Shown here: piece by piece, positions 16,345-25,441 of the stretch
How the letters are laid out: the number at the start of each line of letters is the position of its first letter
Position numbering within the stretch: the stretch's first letter is position 1
Source: Anaerolineales bacterium UBA1429
Lineage (GTDB): Bacteria > Chloroflexota > Anaerolineae > UBA1429
Direction of reading: 5' to 3'
DNA length: 64,000 nucleotides
NCBI GenBank assembly: GCA_002329325.1
Contig: DCTX01000078.1
Coordinates: 4,198 to 68,197 of the forward strand
The notes under the pieces: model-generated
Told to the model about the DNA's origin: nothing
What the model saw: the letters and a program-made list of their open reading frames with translations, nothing else
The model's database searches: none
Program-made: the position numbers and the translations under genes

Positions 16345-18606
16345 ATGCTCCGGCGCTTTCATCTGCGAGGTCTGCGCGCCCAGATCGTGGCCTGGTCGGT
16401 CGTGCCGACCCTGGTCATCCTCTTTGGCGTGGGTTTCTTTAGCTTCTGGACCTATACCCGTGTCACCGAGCTGCTGGTGATGGATCGCAACCGCGAGCTG
16501 ACGCGTCTGCTGGCGGGGCAGATGGGCCTCGAGCTGGTCGAATATGCCGATCGCCTCGTCGCCCTGGCCGAGATGCGCACCGGCGCCGAGGGCGAGACCC
16601 CAATGCCGTGGCTCTCGCATCTCGATGCGCGGCAGGCCTACCTCCACGATTTCGATAGCGGCGTGGTGGTGCTCAACAGCTCGGGCGTCGTCATCGCGGC
16701 CGACCCCCGGCGCTACGATTTGCTGGGGCACGACTGGTCAGATCGAAGCCACTTTCGGCGCATCGTCACCCAGCCCGTGCCCGTGCTGCTCTCCGATATC
16801 GAGGAGGATGGCCCTCAGGGTGGCCCCGTTGTGGCGGTGGCCATCCCGCTGCTGGATGACCAGGGCGAGCTGAGCGAGGTGGTGGTGGGCATGTTCGCCA
16901 TTCAGCCCCAGACGGCCTCGGCCTTTTACCGCAGCTTGCTGCGCCTCGACCTGCGCATGGAGAGCCGCGTCTACCTGGTGGATAGCCAGGGGCGAGCGAT
17001 CTACCACCACGATCCCGACCGGATCGGCAGCGATATATCGGATCGGCCTGCCGTGCAGGCGGTGCAGGCGGGGTTTGTGGGAACCTGGCGCGGCTTGGAT
17101 ACCGGCGATATGGAGATCGTGGCCAGCTATGCCCCCATCCCCAACACCCTGTGCAGCCTGGTTGAGGAGGAGAGCTGGGCCGCCCTGCGCGGTATCTCCT
17201 GGGGCTATGGCCGCGTGCTGGTGTTCATTCTGCTGTTGGCGCTGCTGGTGCCCGCCGGCGTGGTGGCCCACGCCATTCGCCGCATCACCTGGCCCATCCA
17301 CCGGCTGACCGAGAGTGCTCAGGCCATGTCTCAGGGCGAGATGGAGCAGATCGTGGATGTGCCGCCCAACAACGAGCTGGGCGAGCTGGCCGCGGCCTTT
17401 AACCACATGTCTGCTCGCCTGCAGAGTTTCTACTCGGACCTGGAGAGGCGCGTAGCTGCGCGGACCCGCGAGCTTTCGGCCATGAACGCCATCGCCAGCG
17501 TCGTCAGTCAATCGCTGGACCTGCACGATATCCTGGCCTCCGCCCTGGACATGGTGCTGGAGCTGATGGACATGGGCACCGGAACAGCCTACGAGCTGGA
17601 GCCGGGCAGCGAGGTGCTCCGTCTGATCGCTCAGCATGGCCAAACGCCCCAGGAGTTGCCCCAGACGCGCGAGATCCCTCTGGACGCCCTGGGTTCGCGA
17701 GAGGAGCTCGCCTCAGGCGCCCAGGCCTGGCTGCGGCCCCAATTCGCCCAGACCGGCCTATGGCCCGTCTTGGGCCGCGAGGGCTGGCAGCAGGTGATCC
17801 TGGTGCCCCTGGTGTCCAAGGGCGAGTTGATCGGCCTGCTGAACCTGCGAACCCGCGCGCCCAGGGATCTGGGCGCGCAGGAACTGGGTTTGCTCACAGC
17901 CATCGGCAACCAGATCGGCGTGGCCGTCGAGAACGCGCGTCTCTATCGCGAGGCAGGAACCCTGGCGGCCATGGCCGAGCGCAACCGCCTGGCCCAGGAC
18001 TTGCATGATTCGGTCACGCAGACCATCTTTACCGTGAACTTGCTGGCAGGGGTGATCCCCATTATCTATGAAGAGAACGCCGAGGAGGCGCGCTTTCACC
18101 TGGACGAGCTGGGTCAGCTTGCCAGGAGCGCCCTGAACGAGCTGCGCGCCCTCTTGCTAGAGTTGCGCCCCGCCACCCTGGCGCAGATGCCCCTGGAGGA
18201 GCTGCTCACCCGCCTGGGCGAGAGCACGGCCGGCAGCGCCCGCATGCCTGTGCACGTCATGGCGGAGCGCAGCCTGAACCTGCCCGCGCGGGTGCGGGTG
18301 GCCTTGTACCGCATCGCTCAAGAGGCGATCAACAATGTCGTCAAACACTCCCTGGCCGACCAGGCCTGGATCAGGCTGCGGCGCCGCAGCATCGGGGGCG
18401 ACCAGGGAGTCGAGCTGCTGATACGCGATGACGGGCAGGGGTTCGACCCCTCGGCCGTGGAGGACGGCCACCTGGGGCTGGCCATCATGCGCGAGCGCGC
18501 CAGTGATATCGGGGCTACGTTGACCTTGCAGAGCGCACCGGGGGGCGGGACCACAGTCCGGGTGCTGTGGAGCGCCAGTGCGCAAGCCGATGAGGAAACA
18601 GACTAG
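16345..18606 (+). CDS. Sensor histidine kinase (TM-Cache-like-TM-HAMP-GAF-HisKA_3-HATPase)
   Basis: Two TM segments flank a periplasmic-type sensor. HAMP (ELGELAAAFNHM), a GAF-like segment, the H-box NRLAQDLHDSVTQTIF (HisKA_3) and a C-terminal ATPase (DDGQGF, GLAIMRERA). Start ATG 16345 versus GTG 16339 is ambiguous. Confidence 0.85.
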   Translation: MLRRFHLRGLRAQIVAWSVVPTLVILFGVGFFSFWTYTRVTELLVMDRNRELTRLLAGQMGLELVEYADRLVALAEMRTGAEGETPMPWLSHLDARQAYLHDFDSGVVVLNSSGVVIAADPRRYDLLGHDWSDRSHFRRIVTQPVPVLLSDIEEDGPQGGPVVAVAIPLLDDQGELSEVVVGMFAIQPQTASAFYRSLLRLDLRMESRVYLVDSQGRAIYHHDPDRIGSDISDRPAVQAVQAGFVGTWRGLDTGDMEIVASYAPIPNTLCSLVEEESWAALRGISWGYGRVLVFILLLALLVPAGVVAHAIRRITWPIHRLTESAQAMSQGEMEQIVDVPPNNELGELAAAFNHMSARLQSFYSDLERRVAARTRELSAMNAIASVVSQSLDLHDILASALDMVLELMDMGTGTAYELEPGSEVLRLIAQHGQTPQELPQTREIPLDALGSREELASGAQAWLRPQFAQTGLWPVLGREGWQQVILVPLVSKGELIGLLNLRTRAPRDLGAQELGLLTAIGNQIGVAVENARLYREAGTLAAMAERNRLAQDLHDSVTQTIFTVNLLAGVIPIIYEENAEEARFHLDELGQLARSALNELRALLLELRPATLAQMPLEELLTRLGESTAGSARMPVHVMAERSLNLPARVRVALYRIAQEAINNVVKHSLADQAWIRLRRRSIGGDQGVELLIRDDGQGFDPSAVEDGHLGLAIMRERASDIGATLTLQSAPGGGTTVRVLWSASAQADEETD

Positions 18607-18625
18607 AGCAAAGGAGCCGGGGGCG

Positions 18626-19264
18626 ATGGGGGGCAAAGTGATTCGGGTACTCGTGGTGGATGACCATAGCATCTTGCGGGGCGGCCTGCGCACCTGCCTG
18701 AGGGCCTTTCATGATATGGAGCTGGTGGGCGAGGCGGGCAACGGCGAAGAGGCCGTGCGCCAGGCCCGCGAGCTGAGGCCCGATGTGGTGCTGATGGATC
18801 TCAAGATGCCGGTGATGGATGGCGTCGAGGCCACACGGCAGATCCGCGCGTGTTGCCCAGAGACCCAGGTGGTGGCGTTGACCAGCTTTGTCGAAAACGA
18901 ATTGGTGCCCCGCGCCCTGCAGGCGGGCGCCGTGGGCTATCTGCTCAAGAACGTCTCGCCCCAGGAGCTGGCCTCGGCCTTGCGCGCCGCAGCACAGGGC
19001 CGCTCGACCCTCTCTCCCGAGGCCACCCAGGCCCTGGTACAGGCGGCCACCGACATTCGCTCCACCATCGAGCCGCTGACGCCTCGCGAACAACAGGTGC
19101 TGGCCCTGCTGGTGGAAGGGCGCACCAACTTGCAGATCGGGCAGGAGTTGGGGATCACCGAATCCACCACCAAGTCCCATGTGAGCACCATCATCGCCAA
19201 GCTGGGGGTCGCCAGCCGTACCGAGGCCGTGGCCCTGGCCCTCAAGCATCACCTGGTAGACTGA
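18626..19264 (+). CDS. Response regulator, NarL/LuxR family
   Basis: IRVLVVDDH...VVLMDLKMPVMDG receiver, and a LuxR HTH (TPREQQVLALLVEGRTNLQIGQELGITESTTKSHVSTII). ATG 18626 follows AAAGGAG. Confidence 0.9.
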   Translation: MGGKVIRVLVVDDHSILRGGLRTCLRAFHDMELVGEAGNGEEAVRQARELRPDVVLMDLKMPVMDGVEATRQIRACCPETQVVALTSFVENELVPRALQAGAVGYLLKNVSPQELASALRAAAQGRSTLSPEATQALVQAATDIRSTIEPLTPREQQVLALLVEGRTNLQIGQELGITESTTKSHVSTIIAKLGVASRTEAVALALKHHLVD

Positions 19265-19410
19265 GGGAAAGCAGCCCTTTCACTGCAAGTACAACTTTCG
19301 TAGGACATCAACATTACCCAAAGGGCGGATTCGGGGTTCGCAGGTTGTCTCTATAATGGAGGCAAGTTACAGGGGTATCCCGATGACGAACCTGGCAACT
19401 GAGGTTCGCA

Positions 19411-20565
19411 ATGAAGCTAGCAAGCATCGCCATAATAGCCCTGGTAGCTATCGCCCTGATCGCTTGCCAGGCCAACGCGCTTAGTGGCGACACAGATCAA
19501 GCGCAGGCGGATGCGTCCTATTTGAACACTTCCTCCGGAGACGTGCCCACATCTCCGGTGCCACCCGGCAACAGCTCCCGAGCCGAGCGCCCTCCCGGCT
19601 CGGGAGCTGTGCTCGCTGAATCCCTCGTGGATACGCCAACGGACTCCTGGCGCGTGTACTACTTCAGCACGCCAGAGCCCCAAGGCCAGCCCCTGGCAGA
19701 AGGGGCCCTCTCCCAGCCCTACCTGGATACCCACTGGCTCGACGCCCTCCCTGAGGCCGAACTCGCTGACCAGGCCCTATCCTCCATCTGGGTGCGCAAT
19801 GTGGATCTCAAGGGAGGCTCGCTGCGCTTTTACGTCTGGGCCGATGGCGGCGTGCGACTGTGGATCAACGGCCAGCTCGTGATCGATCGCTGGGATGCCT
19901 CTGATAGCAGCGCCATGATCGGCGACCTCTGGCTCGATCGCGCCGGTTCCACCGAGGTGTTGTTGGCCTATCGCGCCATGGAGGGACCGGGGCGGATCAA
20001 GCTCTGGTGGGAAAAGACGGTCTGGTTCACCGGCTGGCGCGGCGAGTACTATCCCAACCGCTATCTCACCGGCCAGCCCACCGTGGTGCGCAACGACTTT
20101 GTGCCCGTGTTCGATTGGGGCCTGGATGCCCCGGCCCCCGGGCTGCCCGCCGACAACTTTTCCGTGCGCTGGACCCGGGATGTGACCCTGGAGCCGGGCT
20201 GCTACCGCTTTACCGCCGATGCGGATGACGGCGTGCGGGTGTACGTGGGCGAGATGCTCGTCATCAACGCCTGGCAAGGCCCCCCCGCCGACCCGCTGGT
20301 CCGCGAGGTGTGGCTTGCCGGCGGCGAACAGCCCGTCATGATCGAGTACTTTGACGCGGAGGCCACCGCCCGGATCATGGTCGCCTGGGAGCGGCTGGAC
20401 GCCCCTCTGGGGGGTGCCGATTCGGCCCAGGCGTGCAGCGGGTACACGGATTCGCAGGGGGCTGCCGCTCGCGAGAACGGCAGGGCGTCGGCTCTGCTGG
20501 ATGGCATGCGCCAGGCGCTGCTGCGCCTGTACTACTCCCTGGTGGGGCCTCCGCTCTGGTGGTAG
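19411..20565 (+). CDS. Lipoprotein with two PA14-like domains
   Basis: MKLASIAIIALVAIALIAC lipobox. Two copies of a PA14-like pattern are present (SIWVRNVDLKGGSLRFYVWADGGVRLWINGQLVIDRW, and FSVRWTRDVTLEPGCYRFTADADDGVRVYVGEMLVINAW). Confidence 0.7.
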   Translation: MKLASIAIIALVAIALIACQANALSGDTDQAQADASYLNTSSGDVPTSPVPPGNSSRAERPPGSGAVLAESLVDTPTDSWRVYYFSTPEPQGQPLAEGALSQPYLDTHWLDALPEAELADQALSSIWVRNVDLKGGSLRFYVWADGGVRLWINGQLVIDRWDASDSSAMIGDLWLDRAGSTEVLLAYRAMEGPGRIKLWWEKTVWFTGWRGEYYPNRYLTGQPTVVRNDFVPVFDWGLDAPAPGLPADNFSVRWTRDVTLEPGCYRFTADADDGVRVYVGEMLVINAWQGPPADPLVREVWLAGGEQPVMIEYFDAEATARIMVAWERLDAPLGGADSAQACSGYTDSQGAAARENGRASALLDGMRQALLRLYYSLVGPPLWW

Positions 20566-20712
20566 CGGGCCGGTATCCTACGTTCGTACGATATGAGCGT
20601 CGTACAGAGGATGGATGCACAATTGGTTGCCAGGCGACATAATATAGTCAGAATATGGTACACGGCGTACCTATTCGCGGGGAATCATTGTTGATCGTGG
20701 GTGGAGGGTATC

Positions 20713-21012
20713 ATGGTGGATATCATGGAAGACAAGCTGCAGATCGTCCGACGTTGGGCCTGCCGCGGTAACCTGAAGCAGTTCCTTACGGACATGCAAC
20801 CCCGCATTGCCCCGCTGGGCTATACCGCCGAGATGAGCATTGACACGATTCGATGCTATCGGCTCGTCGAGAAGAAGAGCCTCATGGGGTTGCGCAAGCA
20901 GTACCTCAAGGAGCCGGTGATGTCCATCCGCCGGCGGAACGGCACGATCGAATTCCAGGAGGCCGACGAGCAGTTCGTGGATGTGCTCGCCAGCGTCGCC
21001 CAGGTGGATTAG
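20713..21012 (+). CDS. Hypothetical 99-aa protein in a lower-GC islet
   Basis: ATG 20713 lies 6 nt after GGAGGG. There is no recognisable motif. It is called coding only from the RBS, the open frame and the strong downstream hairpin. Confidence 0.4.
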   Translation: MVDIMEDKLQIVRRWACRGNLKQFLTDMQPRIAPLGYTAEMSIDTIRCYRLVEKKSLMGLRKQYLKEPVMSIRRRNGTIEFQEADEQFVDVLASVAQVD

Positions 21013-21107
21013 CGAGACCCTTACGCAATCCGCGCGATCGGTCAGAGGCGCTGATTTCGCCCCTTTTACGCCCGATAAATGATCTGCTCGCTCCTTGAGC
21101 ATGTAGT

Positions 21108-21153
21108 GAGCGCAGGCGAGTCGCTTTGTTGTACGAGCGACTCGCCTGCGCTC
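21108..21153 (+). terminator. Strong hairpin downstream of the orphan ORF
   Basis: Perfect 17-bp stem gagcgcaggcgagtcgc / gcgactcgcctgcgctc with a loop of about 12 nt, followed by gtttg. Confidence 0.55.
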
Positions 21154-21269
21154 GTTTGCCTTGCCGAACCCCTCCCCCGGAGGCGGGCCGCGCGTCTACC
21201 CGGGGCCCGGCTGGTCACGGCCACGGCCTGATGCTATGATCAGCAAACGTCTGCTACCTGCTGAGGGGG

Positions 21270-22466
21270 ATGCCTGCGCGAGGTGAGGCCGTGAGAGGCG
21301 ACTATCCGAGACAGTTGGGGCGAATGCTGGCGCTGCTCGCCCTCCTGGGCTTGCTGGGGGCCATGGTGCCCCCGGCCTCGCTGGCGGCCCGCCCGCTCCC
21401 CATCGCCGATGCCCAGAGCCGCACCGGCCCCACGCCGCCGCCCGAGGTGTTGCAGCGGGATCTCGCCAAGGCGCCTCCCCGAGCAGTAGACGCCCTCAGC
21501 GCCACGACCCTGCCCGTGCCGGCCTACGAGTGGCGCCATGGCTGCGGCCCCACGGCCCTCGGCATGGTAATCGGCTACTATGATGGGCAAGGCTACGCGG
21601 AGCTGATCCCCGGATCGGCGGCCAGCCAGACGCACGAGGTGGACCAGGCCATCGCCTCCGGTGGCGATGCGTCCTCCCCCTTTGCCCCCGGCAGCGAGCG
21701 CCACTATGAGGACTATGCCTCGCCCCAGGATTATGCGCCCGAGATGCTGCCCGACGCCTATCTCTCGGCCGGCCGGCCGGCGCATGCGAGCGATAGCATC
21801 GCCGATTTCATGTTCACCTCGCGCAGCGACCACTGGAACTACTACGGCTGGAGCTGGGCCAGCCATGTCGGCCCGGCGTTCGTCGAATTCGTCAGCCTGC
21901 GCGGGGCGAGCTATACCCCCACCTACCAGCTCCTCTACATGGGGCAGGGGCTGAATTGGTCGGTTCTGACCGGGGAGATCGATGCGGGCCGTCCCATGGT
22001 CTTTTTGGTGGATACCGGCGGCGATGGCGCGACCGACCACTTTGTGGCGGTGATTGGCTATCGCACCAGCCCCGCGCTCCAGTACGCCTCGCTGGATACC
22101 TGGGGCGAGGAGGTGCGGTGGGAGGATTTCCGCGCCATGGCGTCGGGGACGCCCTGGGGCGTCGCCATGGGATGGGCCCTCCACCTGGCGCCGCTGCCCG
22201 AACACACGCTGGATGTGACCATCCAGGGGGCGGGCTCGGTGCACCGAGAGCCCGATGAGCCAACCTACACCTATGGCACGGTTGTGACGTTGACGGCAAC
22301 CCCCGCGCCGGGCTGGCGCTTTGGCAGGTGGAGCGGCGCCGCCTCCGGCAGCGACAACCCCTTGTCCCTGGCGATGACCGCGGACCTGAGCCTGACGGCC
22401 CACTTTTACGATCCCGCCGCCTTGCACGTGCACCGCCATATGCCCATCGCGATGCGGCCCCGCTAG
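21270..22466 (+). CDS. Secreted papain-fold cysteine peptidase (C39-like) with C-terminal InlB-B-repeat-like domain
   Basis: Signal peptide MLALLALLGLLGAMVPPASLAA. YEWRHGCGPTALGMVIGYY holds the catalytic Cys context, and DHFVAVIGY is a His motif. The C-terminal YTYGTVVTLTATPAPGWRFGRWSG resembles the divergent InlB B-repeat. The start is ambiguous (21270 ATG, 21291 GTG or 21324 ATG). Confidence 0.6.
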   Translation: MPARGEAVRGDYPRQLGRMLALLALLGLLGAMVPPASLAARPLPIADAQSRTGPTPPPEVLQRDLAKAPPRAVDALSATTLPVPAYEWRHGCGPTALGMVIGYYDGQGYAELIPGSAASQTHEVDQAIASGGDASSPFAPGSERHYEDYASPQDYAPEMLPDAYLSAGRPAHASDSIADFMFTSRSDHWNYYGWSWASHVGPAFVEFVSLRGASYTPTYQLLYMGQGLNWSVLTGEIDAGRPMVFLVDTGGDGATDHFVAVIGYRTSPALQYASLDTWGEEVRWEDFRAMASGTPWGVAMGWALHLAPLPEHTLDVTIQGAGSVHREPDEPTYTYGTVVTLTATPAPGWRFGRWSGAASGSDNPLSLAMTADLSLTAHFYDPAALHVHRHMPIAMRPR

Positions 22467-22473
22467 GCCAGCA

Positions 22474-22511
22474 CCCGACCGCCCGACGCGGACGTGCCGC
22501 GGGCGGTCGGG
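22474..22511. terminator. Hairpin between convergent genes
   Basis: Perfect 12-bp stem cccgaccgcccg / cgggcggtcggg with a 14-nt loop. No clear T-tract. Confidence 0.45.
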
Positions 22512-22536
22512 ATCCCGGCGTGGGGCGCCGCGCCGA

Positions 22537-23397
22537 TCAGCGCTGGGCCCAGCCCGTGGGATGGTTCCAGTCGTTCGCCTTCCAGGGCATGTTCTCCGGC
22601 TTGACCAGGGGGAGCATCTCCTGGAAGAAGGCCAGCCGCTCCGGGCCGCTCATGGGCGTAAAGCTCTCGGCCACGGCCAGGTCGGCCTCCAGCTCGGAGA
22701 GCTTGCTGCACCCGACGATGACCGTGGTCAGGGGCAGGCCCAGGGCATAGCGCAGCGCCTTGTCAGCCACCTGCCCCAGCCGCTTGTAGGCAAAGATCTT
22801 CATGCCGATGACGCCCACGTTCTTGGCCTGGGCCACGGGCAGGAACTCTTCGGCGAAGGAGTAGATAAAGTGGTCCAGCACGGAGACCGCGCAGAGCACC
22901 GTGCTGAAATCGTAGCGTCGCAGCGCCTCGATCTGGACCTGCGGGTTGGTATGGCCCGAGATGCTGATGTGGCGCACGACGCCCTGCTCCTTGGCGGCGA
23001 TCATGGTCTCCAGGGCGCCGCCGGGGCCCGTCATGGCATCCAGCCGGGCAAAGCTCATCACATTGTGCATGCGCCACTCGTCCAGGTGGTCCGTCTGCAA
23101 GCGGCGCAGGCTATCCTCGAGCTGACGCTTGGCGCCCTCAGCCGTGGGGTCCCACACCTTGCTGGCGATCCACATCTCGTCGCGCCGCTCCCTGGCCACC
23201 AGGCCCACCCGCTCCTCGCTCTGCCCCCGGGAGTAGACCCAGGCTGTGTCAAAGTAGCGGATGCCCCGCTCCAGCGCGGTGTGCAGGATCTCGACGGCCT
23301 GGGCCTCGGAGCAGCCCTCTTCATCCACCAGCCGTTGGCAGCCCAAACTGAGGATGGGCATCGAAACACCGGTCTTGCCGAATGGTCGCGTCTCCAT
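22537..23397 (-). CDS. Aldo/keto reductase
   Basis: METRPFGKTGVSMPILSLGCQRL...ALERGIRYFDTAWVYSRGQSEE is the typical AKR N-terminus (catalytic D/Y context). Confidence 0.85.
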   Translation of the reverse strand: METRPFGKTGVSMPILSLGCQRLVDEEGCSEAQAVEILHTALERGIRYFDTAWVYSRGQSEERVGLVARERRDEMWIASKVWDPTAEGAKRQLEDSLRRLQTDHLDEWRMHNVMSFARLDAMTGPGGALETMIAAKEQGVVRHISISGHTNPQVQIEALRRYDFSTVLCAVSVLDHFIYSFAEEFLPVAQAKNVGVIGMKIFAYKRLGQVADKALRYALGLPLTTVIVGCSKLSELEADLAVAESFTPMSGPERLAFFQEMLPLVKPENMPWKANDWNHPTGWAQR

Positions 23398-23531
23398 GGT
23401 GCAATCTCCTTACAGAAAACGGTAAACAGCAACGGCATGCCCAGCATAGCCGCGCCAGGGCCGCTATGTCAAGCTGGGTGTGGGCAAGGGCGGCAAGAGC
23501 GGTTCCGGAGATGCCCTGTCCAGTGCCCCGG

Positions 23532-24266
23532 CTAGCCCTGCTCCTTGCGCCAGGCCTCGTATTCGCGGCGGGCCTCGTCGTTCAGCGGGTAGTACTTGCG
23601 CAGGTCGCCGCCCTGAGAGAGGCGCAGGCGGGTGAACTCCTCCCACTCGGAGTGTTCCTCGGCCCGCTTGACCAGCTCGGGCAACAGCTTGACGGGGATC
23701 ACCACGGCGCCGTCGTCATCGGCAATGATGACGTCGCCGGGCATCACCAGCACGTTGCCCACCGCCACAGGCACGTTCACGGCGTGGGGAAAGATGTTGG
23801 TCTGCACATGAAAGTTGGGCGTGACCCCCTTGAGCCACAGGCCCAAGCCCAGGTGCCTGGCCTCGGGATAGTCGCGGATGCAGCCGTCAATGACGACGCC
23901 GATGCCGCCTTGCCCCTTGAAGTATGTCAGCATCATCTCGCCAAAGATGCCGCTGGTCAGGTCACCGCGGGCATCTACCACCACCACGTCGCCGGGCTGG
24001 GTGTGGTAGAGCACCTGCCGGTGCAATTGGCGCTCGGGCGTCTGGTACTCGCCCACCGGGTGCAGGTCCTCGCGCCGGGGCATGCATTGCAGCGTCAAGG
24101 CGGGCCCCACTACCTTGGCCCCGGGGCTATGGCAGGTCAGCCCCACCAGGTGCGGGTTGCGTATGCCCAGGCGCCCGAGCTCTCCCGCTGCCGTGGCTGC
24201 GCTGATCCCATACAGCTTCTCGATGAGTTCCCTGGGAGGCCGCTGGATGTCGGATGTCGGTAACAT
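23532..24266 (-). CDS. RraA family protein (RraA / 4-hydroxy-4-methyl-2-oxoglutarate aldolase-like)
   Basis: GDVVVVDARGDLTSGIFGEMM...GIGVVIDGCIRD...PGDVIIADDDGAVVIP. Start moved to ATG 24266 after AAGGAAGG. Confidence 0.8.
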   Translation of the reverse strand: MLPTSDIQRPPRELIEKLYGISAATAAGELGRLGIRNPHLVGLTCHSPGAKVVGPALTLQCMPRREDLHPVGEYQTPERQLHRQVLYHTQPGDVVVVDARGDLTSGIFGEMMLTYFKGQGGIGVVIDGCIRDYPEARHLGLGLWLKGVTPNFHVQTNIFPHAVNVPVAVGNVLVMPGDVIIADDDGAVVIPVKLLPELVKRAEEHSEWEEFTRLRLSQGGDLRKYYPLNDEARREYEAWRKEQG

Positions 24267-24434
24267 GGCACCTTCCTTGCGCATCATAGGATCGCCCCGT
24301 GCAATGGCCCACAGTGTATCGCAGCCGGGGCGCGGACCCAAACCCAAGTGAAACATTTTCGCCCGTTTTGGTTCTTATTCATAGAGAGCGTATACGCGCG
24401 GGACGGGGTTCCCTTTCCAGGAGGGAGGACGAGC

Positions 24435-25277
24435 ATGGGCGTACGCATAGTAACCGACACGAGCTGCGATCTGCCCTCTGAATTGGAGGCAGAACTCCTC
24501 GTCGCCGGCGTGCAAAAGATCCCTTTTCTCTACCACTTTGGCCAGGAAGCTTGCCTGGACAAGACCATGCCCATCGGTGAGTTCCTGCGGCGCGCCCAAG
24601 AGGTCTGGCCAACGACGGCGGCGCCCTCCTCGGGCGCCTTTGCCGAGGCGTTCCGTCGCGTGGTGGATCAGGGGCACCAGGTCCTTTGCATGACCATCAC
24701 GGGCATCCATAGCGCCACCTACAGCGCTGCGGTTCTGGCCGCCGATTCGTTCGGGGCCGACAAGGTGACGGTGGTGGACACGCGCTCCCTCTCCCTGGCC
24801 CAGGGGCTGCTGGTGCTGGCGGCCGTGCGGGCCGCCCGCGACGACGCCGATATGCCCGAGATCGTGGCGCAGGTGCAGGATCTCAAGCGGCGCACGCACC
24901 TCTTTTTTGCCCTGGATACGCTGGACTATTTGGTCAAAGGAGGGCGCGCCAGCCGCATGGTGGGCATGCTGGCGACGCTACTGCGGCTCCGGCCGATCCT
25001 GATGGTGGATGATGGCACGCTGACGTTGATCGAGAAACCCCGCCAGCGCAGCGCCGCCAAGAAGAGGTTGATCGCTCTGGCCGAGGCGCAACTGCCGGCG
25101 GAGACGGTCGGCGTCATCCACGTGGCCTGCCCCGACGAGGCCGCCCAACTGGCCGCGGAGATTGCCCAGGTGAGCGGCGTGCCCCTGGAGCAGGTCCCCG
25201 TCACGGAGACGGGCGCAGCCCTGGCGACCCACAGCGGCCCCGGGGCGCTGGGCGTCGTGGTGATCTCGCAGGAGTAG
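24435..25277 (+). CDS. DegV family fatty-acid-binding protein
   Basis: MGVRIVTDTSCDLP...TTAAPSSGAF...ITGIHSATYSAA is the DegV pattern. ATG 24435 follows GGAGGGAGG. Confidence 0.85.
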   Translation: MGVRIVTDTSCDLPSELEAELLVAGVQKIPFLYHFGQEACLDKTMPIGEFLRRAQEVWPTTAAPSSGAFAEAFRRVVDQGHQVLCMTITGIHSATYSAAVLAADSFGADKVTVVDTRSLSLAQGLLVLAAVRAARDDADMPEIVAQVQDLKRRTHLFFALDTLDYLVKGGRASRMVGMLATLLRLRPILMVDDGTLTLIEKPRQRSAAKKRLIALAEAQLPAETVGVIHVACPDEAAQLAAEIAQVSGVPLEQVPVTETGAALATHSGPGALGVVVISQE

Positions 25278-25316
25278 GGGCGCCATCGGGAGCGGGCGCG
25301 CGTCTATACCCAAGTT

Positions 25317-25338
25317 GGGGCGAGGCTTGCCTCGCCCC
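25317..25338 (+). terminator. Hairpin after degV-like gene
   Basis: 9-bp stem ggggcgagg / cctcgcccc with loop cttg. No T-tract. Confidence 0.4.
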
Positions 25339-25441
25339 TGGCAGGCCTGCCAATAGAAGACTCGGCCCCTCCTGGACTTGACATTTTCCCCATATAGCCC
25401 CATGATAGTTATGTCGTGCTGGGTTCCTTGTGGGAGGTGCC

